Part shown: positions 35,733 to 47,719 of the stretch, piece by piece
Layout: each line of letters begins with the position of its first letter
Numbering within the stretch: position 1 is the stretch's first letter
Origin: Octopus sinensis
Taxonomy: Eukaryota
DNA: 64,000 bases
Direction of reading: 5' to 3'
NCBI RefSeq assembly: GCF_006345805.1
Contig: NC_043025.1
Location: 12,400,001-12,464,000 of the forward strand
The notes under the pieces: generated by a model
Told to the model about the DNA's origin: nothing
Seen by the model: the letters and a program-made list of their open reading frames with translations, nothing else
Database searches by the model: none
Program-made: the position numbers and the translations under genes

Positions 35733-36215
35733 ATGCTGGTATTATCTGCTGTGGTTTTGTTTATATCATCCACCTTCTTAGCACCTGCGGAGGCTTCGCC
35801 CCTACCGAAGTCGGCATGCAAAGAACCGAATGTGATACTCTCCAACTCAGTCATCTTCGGGACGGTCAACGGCGAAAACGCTGCGGTCAACGATGACGAG
35901 GATGAAGACTACAACACCTCGTCTTTAATATTATCTGTCCAGGAAAGAGCCGTGTGCCCTTGGAAAATAGTTAAGCTCAAAGATGACAATCGATACCCTC
36001 GCGTCTTGCAGACAGCACAATGCAAAACAAGAACTTGGGGCAACAAATTATGCGTTCCAGTCACGTACAATGTCACGGTGCTCTACCGGACGGAGGAGGA
36101 ATGTATGACGTTGCCTAATTCAAATGAAACAAAGGTATATGCTTACAAGGCAGATGTCATTCAACTGGCCACGGCCTGCACATCTGTACTTGATGCTACC
36201 GCTGTTGAACAATAG
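35733..36215 (+). CDS. IL17: Interleukin-17-like secreted cytokine, 160 aa
   Basis: ATG directly follows a polypyrimidine/ag acceptor. Hydrophobic signal peptide, then IL-17 motifs RAVCPW, DDNRYPRVLQTAQC, CVPVTYNVTVLYR, ACTSV. Candidate AATAAA near 36505. An upstream exon is implied but was not located. Confidence 0.88.
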   Translation: MLVLSAVVLFISSTFLAPAEASPLPKSACKEPNVILSNSVIFGTVNGENAAVNDDEDEDYNTSSLILSVQERAVCPWKIVKLKDDNRYPRVLQTAQCKTRTWGNKLCVPVTYNVTVLYRTEEECMTLPNSNETKVYAYKADVIQLATACTSVLDATAVEQ

Positions 36216-36730
36216 ACTAATACCCTCTCCCTGAGAGAGTTTTTCACCATTTCATCTGGATCTGTGTTGGTTGAGAAAACGGGAACACCAGTCCGTTTTT
36301 GTGTGAGCGTTTGTGTATTAATCAGAGTGTGCGATATTATATGTCCACGACAGCCAGTCTTACCAATCAGTTTCGCACTAGGGGTTCAACAGAGTGTTTG
36401 ACAACAGCCTGGTTACGTAACCCTGCACTCTTCAGAGATGGCAGTTACAGAATAAGATATGGGTATATCTCATTCCATAATATATAAAACTGTACACTTC
36501 AATTAATAAATTGGCAAATATACAAGTGCATATTTTTTCTGACATGGATTCTTAGGTGGTTTTATATATATATATATATAATATATGTATATATATATAT
36601 ATAATATATGTATATATATATATAATATATGTATATATATGTGTATGTGTGCGTGCGTGTATATATATATATATCCGTTTAAATATTTGTTGTGCAAGAT
36701 TTTTTATGTGAAGTCGTGTGTTGAAACAGA

Positions 36731-37145
36731 TATTGTTGTATTTCGGAATGGTCATTTTGCCAGTTTAGCCAATAAAAATACACGCACTATATATTTGGTG
36801 TTATTTTGCTTCAGTGTTATTTATTTTTTACAGTAATCTTAATCTTATTTCGGCCAGAGTTCTTTCGTCACACTCCTGTGACTGCATCAGTGGTCCTTTG
36901 TTTTCTTCTTTCTTATTTGTGTCTCTCCTAACTAACCTGTTAGTAAGGAGGGACACACAAATAAGAAAGAAGAAAGCAAAGGACCACTGATGAGGTCACA
37001 GGAGTGTGACGAACGAACTCTGGTGAAATAAGATTAAGATTAACGTAAAAAATAAATAACACTGAGGCAAATTAATACCAAATATATAGTGTGTGTATTT
37101 TTATTGGCTAAACTGACAAAATGACCATTCCGAAATATAACAATA
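36731..37145. mobile_element. ~415-bp imperfect palindrome; probable inverted Penelope-like terminal repeat with a hammerhead-like motif in each arm
   Basis: Arms of about 205 bp. Right arm reads ACCA-CTGATGA-G-GTCAC-aggagt-GTGAC-GAAC-GAAC-TC-TGGT. The left arm holds the reverse complement. Confidence 0.7.
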
Positions 37146-37396
37146 TATATATATATATAGATATGTATGTATAGAGAGATGAAGAGAGAGGGGTGTGTTT
37201 GTATGTAATGTATATAAATCTAGGAATAAAAATTATACAGCTCATTTCCATCATAAATATCTTGTTGAACCATATTTTTAATACTCATAATTAAGCAATA
37301 TGTATATAAAACATATAGAGACCACACTCATAGAACACTATGTATATCTATAGTTGACATTTGTACATAGTATATCAAACAGATAGTGTGGGAGCG

Positions 37397-37629
37397 TTGG
37401 CCAAAAGTCACCTGACAGTAAATCAAACCCCAATTAATACCAAGATTAAAGCAAAAACTTATTTTATAAGACACTTTACGAATAAAGAGACAAATGTTGA
37501 AAAAAAAATTTGGTGATTTTTAACTCGCAACAATTCAATTATTAAGCATTCTTAATTGGAATAAATAAATAAAATCGAATATTTAGTATTTGTGGAATTT
37601 TGATTCACCGTTGGGTGACTTTTGGCCAA
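37397..37629. mobile_element. ~230-bp MITE
   Basis: TIR ttggccaaaagtcacc / ggtgacttttggccaa (16/16), extending imperfectly to ~31 bp. Confidence 0.65.
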
Positions 37630-37660
37630 CTATATATATAAATATATATATAGATGTATA

Positions 37661-39132
37661 CCGTAAATCCTCAAGTATAATCCGCATTTTTTCCCCCAAA
37701 GTTTAAAGGTCAAAATCCCTAGTGCGTACTATACACGAGGTTAAAAATGAAAAATATTTTCTAAGCAATGTCCGAGTCTCTATTTGCTGTCTGGCAATGT
37801 TTATTCAGACGCATTTTGTGATGTCAGGCGAGACAATACCTTAAGCTAAGCCTGAAAGCAATGAAGTCATAAAAGAATCATCCATAACTTGCAATAAGCA
37901 ACATTTATTAAACGTTATTACTGTTATTTCTTGATTTTCTGCAAACAAAATGCACAAAAAAGCTACACGTTTGCATTATGTTATATATACAATAATAATA
38001 AAGGACGTTACCGTATACATTTTTACAAACCAAGGACGTTAGAAAAGGGGTCCGTATTATACACAAGGTTTAGGTTTTTCAAATGTACAGCCCCCTAAAA
38101 ATCCCCTGCATATACACGTTTGCATTATGTTATATATACAGTAATAATAAAGGACGTTACCGTATACAGTTTTACAAACCAAGGACGTTATATAGACCTC
38201 CTTGACTCAAGTTAGAGAAGGGGTGCGTATTATACACAAGGTTTAGATTTTTCAGAGGCAGAGCCCTCTAAAAATCCCCTGTGTATACACGTTTGTATTG
38301 TTATATATACAATAACAATAAAGGACGTTATATAGACCTCCTTGACTCAAGTTAGAGAAGGGGTGCGTATTATACACAAGGTTTAGATTTTTCAGAGGCA
38401 GAGCCCCCTAAAAATCCCCTGCGTATACACGTTTGCATTATGTTATATATGTGAGGGCGCGTGGCTTAGTGGTTAGGGCATTCGGCTCATGATCGTAAGG
38501 TTGTGAGTTCGATTCCCGGCGACGCGTTGTGTCCTTGAGCAAGACACTTTATTTCATGTTGCTCCAGTCCACTCAGCTGGCAAAAATGAGTTGTACTTGT
38601 ATTTCAAAGGGTCAGCCTTGTCACTCTCTGTGTCACGCTGATTATCCCCGAGAACTACGTTAAGGGTACACGTGTCTGTGGAATGCTCAGCCATTTGCAC
38701 GTTAATTTCACGAGCAAGCTGTTCCGTTGATCGTATCAGCTGGGACCCTCGTCGTCGTAACCGGCGGAGTCTTATTATGTTATATATATACAATAATAAT
38801 AAAGGACGTTACCTAATACATTTTTACAAACTAAGGACGTTATATAGACCTCCTTGACTCAAGTTAGAGAAGGGGTGCGTATTATACACAAGGTTTAGAT
38901 TTTTCAGAGGCAGAGCCCCCTAAAAATCCCCTGCGTATACACGTTTGCATTATGTTATATATATACAATAATAATAAAGGACGTTACCTAATACATTTTT
39001 ACAAACTAAGGACGTTATATAGACCTCCTTGACTCAAGTTAGAGAAGGGGTGCGTATTATACACAAGGTTTAGATTTTTCAGGGGTAGAGCCCCCTAAAA
39101 ATCCCCTGCGTATTATACTCAAGGATTTACGG
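37661..39132. mobile_element. Non-autonomous TA-flanked DNA transposon (Tc1/mariner-pogo-like) with internal tandem repeats and a nested SINE
   Basis: TIRs ccgtaaatcctcaagtataa / ttatactcaaggatttacgg (18/20 match) with TA on both sides. Confidence 0.85.
38451..38771 (+). mobile_element. Full-length tRNA-derived SINE with target-site duplication
   Basis: A box tggcttagtgg, B box gttcgattcc, central gtgtccttgagcaagacac (Meta-domain-like). attatgttatatat is present on both sides. Confidence 0.88.
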
Positions 39133-40820
39133 TATACATACAATCACTATTGAGATATACATATAAACTTTTACAAAACACATTATATATTTATATATAA
39201 CATATAACACTGTGTAGTATAAAATATACATTATATAACATATAAAGTGCATGAATCATATTGTGTATATATATATACATATATATATATTGTATATTTT
39301 GGTAAATTGAATTTTCAAATCATAAATATGAAACAGTAAATAAAAATGAAATATTCTTGTAAAAATATAATAAAATTGTCTATTATTTATTGATCTCTGT
39401 CCATATTGATTCTTTAATTTTATGTTTGATTGATTGTTTTGGCGAAGAAAGAAAACCTGAGAATTGAACCTGTGTTGTTTAAGATCTTGTCTTAAGCTGT
39501 TTTCTTTTGGGTTCAGTGGCTGTGTGGTAAGTAGCTTGCTAACCAACCACATGGTTCCGGGTTCAGTCCCACTGCGTGGCATCTTGGGCGGGCAAGTGTC
39601 TTCTGCTATAGCCCCGGGCCAACCAATGCCTTGTGAGTGGATTTGGTAGACGGAAACTGAAAGAAGCCTGTCGTATATATATATATATATATGTGTGTGT
39701 GTATGTGGGGGGGTGTTTGTGTGTCTATGTTTGTCCCCCTAGCATTGCTTGACAACTGATGCTGGTGTGTTTACGTCCCCCGTCACTTAGCGGTTTGGCA
39801 AAAGAGACCAATGGAATAAGTACTGGGCTTACGAAGAATGGGTCGATCTACTCGACTAAAGGCGGTGCTCCAGCATGGCCACAGTCAAATGACTGAAACA
39901 AGTAAAAGAGTATAACCACAGAAATATTCTCATACAATTGTTATGTAATGAGTCGAAAGTGTTTGATTAATTGTAATTAAAATGGTAACGAACCTTTTGC
40001 CCTTTAAACCTGTGCTTCTCAACAAGGCTCCATGCAGCCCCTAAGGGTCCATATAACATTTTAATAGTAAATTAGAGATACACAATAGTATATACTCTTT
40101 ACTCTTTTACTTGTTTCAGTCGCTTGACTGTGGCCATGCTGGAGCACCGCCTTTAGTCGATCAAATCGACCCTGGGACTTATTCTTTCGTAAGCCCAGTA
40201 CTTATTCTATCAGTCTCTTTTGCCGAACCGCTAAGTTACGGGGACGTAAACACATCAGCATTGGTTGTCAAGCGATGCTAGAGGGACAAACACAGACACA
40301 CAAACACATATATATATATACATATTGGGCTTCTTTCAGTTTCCATCTACCAAATCCACTCACAAGGCTTTGGTCGGCCCGAGGCTATAGTAGAAGACAC
40401 TTGCCCAAGGTGTCACACAGTGGGACTGAACCCGGAACCATGTGGTTGGTAAACAAGCTATTTACCACACATCCACTCCTGTTTGATTAATTGTAATTAA
40501 AATGGTAAGGAACCTTTTACCATTTAAACCTGTGCTTCTCAACCAGTCTCTATGCAGCCCCTAAGGGTCCATATATCGTTTTAATAGTAAATTAGAGATA
40601 AACAATAGTATATATTAGTACTATGACCCGACAACGCCGGGTCATAGTGCTAGTGCATGCATATACAGGTGCATGCGTGCGCACATACACACAAGTACTG
40701 TCCAAATCTCCGACCAATCACATACAGCTAGATGGCATTCAATTGGCGTATCAAGTTTCGGGTATTTTGATTGGGTTTTGGATAGAAAATTCACAAAAAA
40801 AGTCACTTCTATTGATTTTT

Positions 40821-41562
40821 TAATGGCTTTGCGGGGTGACTGGGGAAATGTAAAGATGTGCACAACCACCCTTGGACGGTTTTGAATGACCATAGAAAGT
40901 GCGAGCCCTCTAACTGAAAAATTGTGGATTTGTATAAAGGATACACACATAGACAGACATTTTGCCGTTTATATATTTAATGGCTCTGCAGGGAGACTGG
41001 GGAAATGTAAAGATGTGCACGACCACCCTTGGACGGTTTTGAATGACCATAGAAAGTGCAAGCCCTCTAACTGAAAAATTGTGGATTTGTACAAAGGACA
41101 CACACACACACATTTTGCCATTTATATATATATTAAATGGCTCTGTGGGGAGACTGGGGAAATGTAAAGATGTGCACGACCACCCTTGGACGGTTTTGAA
41201 TGACCATAGAAAGTGCGAGCCCTCTAACTGAAAAATTGTGGATTTGTATAAAGGATACACACACAGACAGACATTTTGCCATTTATATATTTAATGGCTC
41301 TGCAGGGAGACTGGGGAAATGTAAAGATGTGCACGACCACCCTTGGACGGTTTTGAATGACCATAGAAAGTGCAAGCCCTCTACCTGAAAAATTGTGGAT
41401 TTGTACAAAGGACACACACACACATTTTGCCATTTATATATATATTAAATGGCTCTGCGGGGTGACTGGGGAATTGTAAAGACGTGCACGACCACCCTTG
41501 GACGGTTTTGAATGACCATAGAAAGTGCGAGCCCTCTAACTGAAAAATTGTTGATTTGTATA
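40821..41562. repeat. ~157-bp tandem repeat, ~4.7 copies, alternating A/B subtypes
   Basis: Diagnostic sites alternate: gtgcgagc/gtataaaggatac versus gtgcaagc/gtacaaaggacac. Confidence 0.9.
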
Positions 41563-41787
41563 ATCGACTTAATCCGTCTGTCTGTCCTTGTTTGTCCTCT
41601 CTGTGTTTAGCCCCTTGTGGGTAGTAAAGAAATAAGTATTTCGTCTGCCATTACGTTCTGAGTTCAAATTCCACCGAGGTCAACTTTGCTTTTTATCCTT
41701 CCGGGGTCGATTAAGTACCAGTTATGCACGGGGGGCAATGTAATCGACTTAATCTGTTTGTCTGTCCTTGTTTGTCCCCTCTGTGTT

Positions 41788-43837
41788 TATAATAATATAA
41801 TAATGAAATTATTGTATACAGTGCTCAGGTGCACCACAAATTGTCAGAAAGTGCATATAAAGTACATGCAGTAATGTAAAAATGTCTGGGAAGCGAAAAA
41901 TGTATGAGTCAGATACATGCCTGTGTGTGTATGGAGGGGAGAAGATCAGGTGTAGTGTTGGCGAATCTCAGGAAGCATGGAAGTTTCCAAGGATGCAGTG
42001 CTCCGACAACTAACAACTGATGCCGGCAGTTTGTTCCATGCTTCAGCGTGTGTATGGAGGGGAGGAGATCAGGTGTAGTGTTGGCGAATCTCAGGAAGCA
42101 TGGAAGTTTTGAAGGATGCAGTGCTCCGACAACTAACAACTGATGCCGGCAGTTTTGTTCCCTGCTTCAGCGGGTGTATGGAGGGGAGGAGATCAGGTGT
42201 AGTGTTGGCGAATCTCAGGAAGCATGGAAGTTTTGAAGGATGCAGTGCTCCGACAACTAACAACTGATGCCGGCAGTTTGTTCCATGCTTCAGTGTGTGT
42301 ATGGAGGGGAAAAGATCAGGTGTAGTGTTGGCAAATCTCAGAAAGCATGGAAGTTTTGAAGGATGCAGTGCTCCGACAACTAACAACTGATGCCGGCAGT
42401 TTGTTCCATGCTTCAGCGTGTGTATGGAGGGGAGAAGATCAGGTGTAGTGTTGGCAAATCTCAGAAAGTATGGAAGTTTTGAAGGATGCAGTGCTCCGAC
42501 AACTAACAACTGATGCTGGCAGTTTGTTCCATGCTTCAGTGTGTGTATGGAGGGGAAAAGATCAGGTGTAGTGTTGGCGAATCTCAGAAAGCATGGAAGT
42601 TTTGAAGGATGCAGTGCTCCGACAACTAACAACTGATGCCGGCAGTTTGTTCCATGCTTCAGTGTGTGTATGGAGGGGAGAAGATCAGGTGTAGTGTTGG
42701 CGAATCTCAGGAAGCATGGAAGTTTTCAAGGATGCAGTGCTCCGACAACTAACAACTGATGCCGGCAGTTTGTTCCATGCTTCAGCATGTGTATGGAGGG
42801 GAGAAGATCAGGTGTAGTGTTGGCGAATCTCAGGAAGCATGGAAGTTTTGAAGGATGCAGTGCTCCGACAACTAACAACTGATGCCGGCAGTTGTTCCAT
42901 GCTTCAGCGTGTGTATGGAGGGGAGAAGATCAGGTTGTAGTGTTGGCGAATCTCAGGAAGCATGGAAGTTTTGAAGGATGCAGGGCTCCGACAACTAACA
43001 ACTGATGCCGCAGCAGTTTGTTCCATGCTTCAGCGTGTGTATGGAGGGGAGAAGATCAGGTGTAGTGTTGGCGAATCTCAGGAAGCATGGAAGTGTTGAA
43101 GGATGCAGTGCTCCGACAACTAACAACTGATGCCGGCAGTTTGTTCCATGCTTCAGTGTGTGTATGGAGGGGAGAAGATCAGGTGTAGTGTTGGCGAATC
43201 TCAGGAAGCATGGAAGTTTTGAAGGATGCAGTGCTCCGACAACTAACAACTGATGCCGGCAGTTTGTTCCATGCTTCAGCGTGTGTATGGAGGGGAGGAG
43301 ATCAGGTGTAATGTTGGCGAATCTCAGAAAGCATGGAAGTTTTGAAGGATGCAGTGCTCCGACAACTAACAACCGATGCCGGCAGTTTGTTCTATGCTTC
43401 AGCGTGTGTATGGAGGGGAGGAGATCAGGTGTAGTGTTGGCGAATCTCAGAAAGCATGGAAGTTTTGAAGGATGCAGTGCTCTGACAACTAACAACTGAT
43501 GCCAGCAGTTTGTTCCATGCTTCAGCGTGTGTATGGAGGGGAGGAGATCAGGTGTAGTGTTGGCGAATCTCAGAAAGCATGGAAGTTTTGAAGGATGCAG
43601 TGCTCTGACAACTAACAACTGATGCCAGCAGTTTGTTCCATGCTTCAGCGTGTGTATGGAGGGGAGAAAATCAGGTGTAGTGTTGGCGAATCTCAGAAAG
43701 CATGGAAGTTTTGAAGGATGCAGTGCTCCGACAACTAACAACTGATGCCAGCAGTTTGTTCCATGCTTCAGCAACTCTCAGCGTGAAAAAATGTTTCCTG
43801 AAGTCATGGGAGCTGTGCTGTTTTCTGACTTTGTAAA
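41788..43837 (-). mobile_element. 5'-truncated CR1 LINE whose ORF2 C-terminus is amplified into a satellite
   Basis: RKHFFTLRVAEAWNKL.ASVVSCRSTASFKTSML.EIRQHYT*, followed by a 3'UTR and an (ATT)-like tail at 41788. Confidence 0.85.
41923..43772. repeat. 120-bp tandem repeat, ~15 copies
   Basis: The unit tgtgtgtatggagggg...ttccatgcttcagc repeats with few substitutions. Confidence 0.95.
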
Positions 43838-44444
43838 TATAGCCCCTTGAGGGTAGTAAAGAAATAGGTATTTCGTCTGCTGCTACGTTCTGAGTTCAAA
43901 TTCCACCGAGGTCGACTTTGCCTTTCATCCTCTCGGGGTCAATAAATTAAGTACCAGTTGTGTACTGAGATCGATCTAATCGACTTAATCCGTCTGTCTG
44001 TCCTTGTTTGTCTCCTATGTGGGCAATAAAGAAATGGGTACTTATTTCATCAACGCCGTAAGGGACGACAGGCAAAGTTCACCTCGGCGGAATTTGAACC
44101 CCCCCCCGGACATAAAAACAGCCGAAATACTGCCACTAGGCATTTCCCCACAGCATGTTAATGATTCTGCCAGCTCACCCACGCCCCGCCCCACCACACC
44201 CTCGCTCACCCAGATAATAACAACAACAACGATAATAATAATAATAATAATTTATTACATGTGTATGAGAGAAGACTCAGGTTTTTGCCAAGAGAGTGAA
44301 AACGAGGAGGCGTCAACACTGGATGTATCTATTGTGTTCTGAACAACTCCACTTGGTCGTCAACATCACCACCACTACTACCACCACTACCACTACTACT
44401 ACCACCAATGGTATAATACTAATGTTAAGTAAATTACAAAACTT

Positions 44445-44657
44445 GTGTGTGTGTGTGTGTGCATGTGTGGATATATATATATTTTCACACACATGTAAAT
44501 GTGTATACATATGTATATATATGCATGTGTGTATATATATATATAATATATATTATATATATATATCCATTCTTAGGCATATGTCTGTATATATATATGT
44601 GTGTGTGTATATATATATATATACACACACACCACAGGTATATTTATGCATATATAT

Positions 44658-44699
<42 letters not shown>

Positions 44700-44953
44700 C
44701 ATATAGGTATATGTATACACACATGTATATATGTGCATACACATATATTTCTTTTATAGAGGTATATATGTGTGTGTGTATATATATATATAATATATAC
44801 GCACACACATACATATATATATACAAATATGTATATAATACTATATACACATATACATACACATACATACATACACACACATATATATATATATACACAT
44901 ATGTACATACACATATACACACACACATACATGAATGTACATACATTTATATC

Positions 44954-45034
<81 letters not shown>

Positions 45035-45309
45035 ATTTGCATGAAATATATGCAGTATACATATATATATAAACCTATACACATACTCACACAAACATGT
45101 ATGTACTAATATATACATACATACATACTGACACATTACATATATATATACATACATACATATACATACATATATATATATATACACACATACATATACA
45201 TACATATATATATATATACACACACACATATATATATATATACATACATATACATACATATATATATATATACACACACACACACATATATATATATACA
45301 TACATATAC

Positions 45310-45352
<43 letters not shown>

Positions 45353-45394
45353 CATACATATATATATATATACATACATATCATACATATATAT

Positions 45395-45425
<31 letters not shown>

Positions 45426-45471
45426 CACACACACCACACACACATATATATATATAATATATATATATATA

Positions 45472-45502
<31 letters not shown>

Positions 45503-45925
45503 GTGTGTGTGTGTGTATTTGCATGAAATATATGCAGTATACATATATATATAAACCTATACACATACTCACACAAACATGTATGTACTAATATATACAT
45601 ACATACATACTGACACATTACATATATATATACATACATACATATACATACATATATATATATAATACATACATATACATACATATATATACACACATAC
45701 ATATACATACATATATATATACACACACACATATATATATATACATACATATACATACATATATATATATATACACACACACACACATATATATATATAC
45801 ATACATATACATATATATATATACACACACACACACCACACACATATATATATATACATACATATATATAATATACATACATATACATACATATATATAT
45901 ACATACATACATACTGACACATTAC

Positions 45926-45968
<43 letters not shown>

Positions 45969-46040
45969 CATACATATATATATATATATATACATACATA
46001 TATATATATATACACACACACACATATATATATATAGAAG
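44445..46040. repeat. (TA)/(CA) microsatellite mosaic with a ~480-bp tandem duplication
   Basis: The anchor gcatgaaatatatgcagtatac recurs at ~45039 and ~45521. Confidence 0.85.
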
Positions 46041-46106
46041 TGTAATTTATAAAAGGTTAACTTCAATTAGCAATGAAAAAAACAGCAGTAGTAGTAACAG
46101 TAATAA

Positions 46107-46137
<31 letters not shown>

Positions 46138-46152
46138 AAAAATAAGTCTTCC

Positions 46153-47029
46153 TCAAGATCGTTCTGACCCTCCTTTCATTTTGTCCTTGCTCTCCCCTTT
46201 TCTCCTACCATCACAGTTGCTTTCACTCTCTTCCATCACCCCCTCCTCTCCTCTCACTTCCTCTCCTCTTCCTCCTCCTCCTCCTACCGACACTCTCCTC
46301 TCGCCACCACCACAAACCTTGTTGTCCCCGCCGACGACCCCGCCGCCGACGTCTCCGTCGTCGCCGTCACAGGAGGCTGCGACGGAGCTGCGTTCGCCAC
46401 CGCCGCCACCACCGCCGGCACACTCACTACTGCTGCTGCTGCTGCTGCTCCCACAACTGTCGCCTCCGCTGCTGCTGATGCTGCTGATGCTGTTGCCGAC
46501 GCTGTTGCAGCTGTCATCATCATCGTCATCGTCATCATCATCTGCATCGTTTCCATTCTCCACATCAGCATCGTTGTCATCGTCGTCATCCTCCTCATCA
46601 TCATTGCTCTCATCTATATCAGCATCGTCACCATGGCTACTGTTGTCGTCGTCGTCGTCATCGTCCACCTCCCCGACGACCCCAACGCCGTACATGAACT
46701 GAAAATGTTCGTTGACATCGGTGAAGATGGTGAAATCGTCATCGTCATCGTCGTCGTCGGAGTCTGACGACGTCCAAATCATGTTGTAGAAGTCGTCGTC
46801 AAAGACCTCCATCGCGACGGCGGCCGCTTGCTCTCGCTCGGAGATGAACTCCCAGAGCAGCTGCTCCGATATGCAGGATATGGTGCCATCAGCGTCGGAT
46901 CGGTGCCGCCGAGAGCCGGGTTTCTCCGGTGACGCCAGCTTGCCGTCCGGATAGGCGTGTTTGTAGAAGCAGGAGTCACCAAACGGACACTTGGACCGGC
47001 CCATGTCAAAGTACTTGCAAGGTTTCTTC
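46153..47029 (-). CDS. MKRN: Makorin terminal exon: last CCCH finger plus long Asp/Ser/Gly-rich tail
   Basis: Acceptor ctttcacag|[37 protein letters not shown] at 46153-46155. The distal tail is less certain than the finger. Confidence 0.88.
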
Positions 47030-47039
47030 CTGTGAAAGA

Positions 47040-47650
47040 GAAGAGAGGTGAATGGGTGAGTGAGAGTGTGAGTGAATGAGTGAGAGTGTCTGAGAATGTA
47101 GGAGTGAATGTGAGTGTGAAAGAGTGAGAGAGTGACTGAGTGAGAGTGAGTGAGTGAGAGTGTGTGTGAGAGAGAGTGTCTGAGAATGTAGGAGTGAATG
47201 TGAGTGTCAAAGAGTGAGAAAGTGACTGAGTGAGAGTGTGAGAGAGAGAGAGTGAGTGAGAGAGTTGTGTGAGTGTGAGTGCGAGTTAAGTGAGTGTGAG
47301 TGAAGTGAGTGTGAATGTGAGTTAAGTGAGTGAGAGTGTGAGTTAAGTGAGTGTGAGAGTGAGTGAGAGTGTGAGTGAGTGAGTCTGAGAATGTAGGAGT
47401 GAATGTGAGTGTGAAAGAGTGACAGTGAGTTAAGTGAGTGTGACAGTGAGTGAGAGTTAAGTGAGTGTGAGTGTCTGAGAATGAATGCAGGAGTGAATGT
47501 GAGTGTGTGAGATTGAGTGTGAGTGAGAGTGAAAGTGAATGAGTGTCAGTGAATGAATGTGAGAGTGAGTGTGTGAGATTGAGTGAGAGTGTAAGTAAAT
47601 GAGTGTGAGTGAATGAATACAGGAGTATAAGAGACTTGATGAGACAGAGA
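47040..47650. repeat. Degenerate (TGAG)/(GA)-rich tract in the last Makorin intron
   Basis: Directly visible. Confidence 0.8.
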
Positions 47651-47719
47651 GAGAAAGGGACAAAGACATGGTGATTGACAGAGTGACCGACCCTAACACA
47701 GCTCCCAGTTTAAGAGTCC

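Noticed and set aside
42069-43774. 187-aa and 259-aa repeat ORFs as a novel repeat protein
   Set aside because: These are an alternative frame of the CR1-derived 120-bp unit; openness follows from the unit length being divisible by three.
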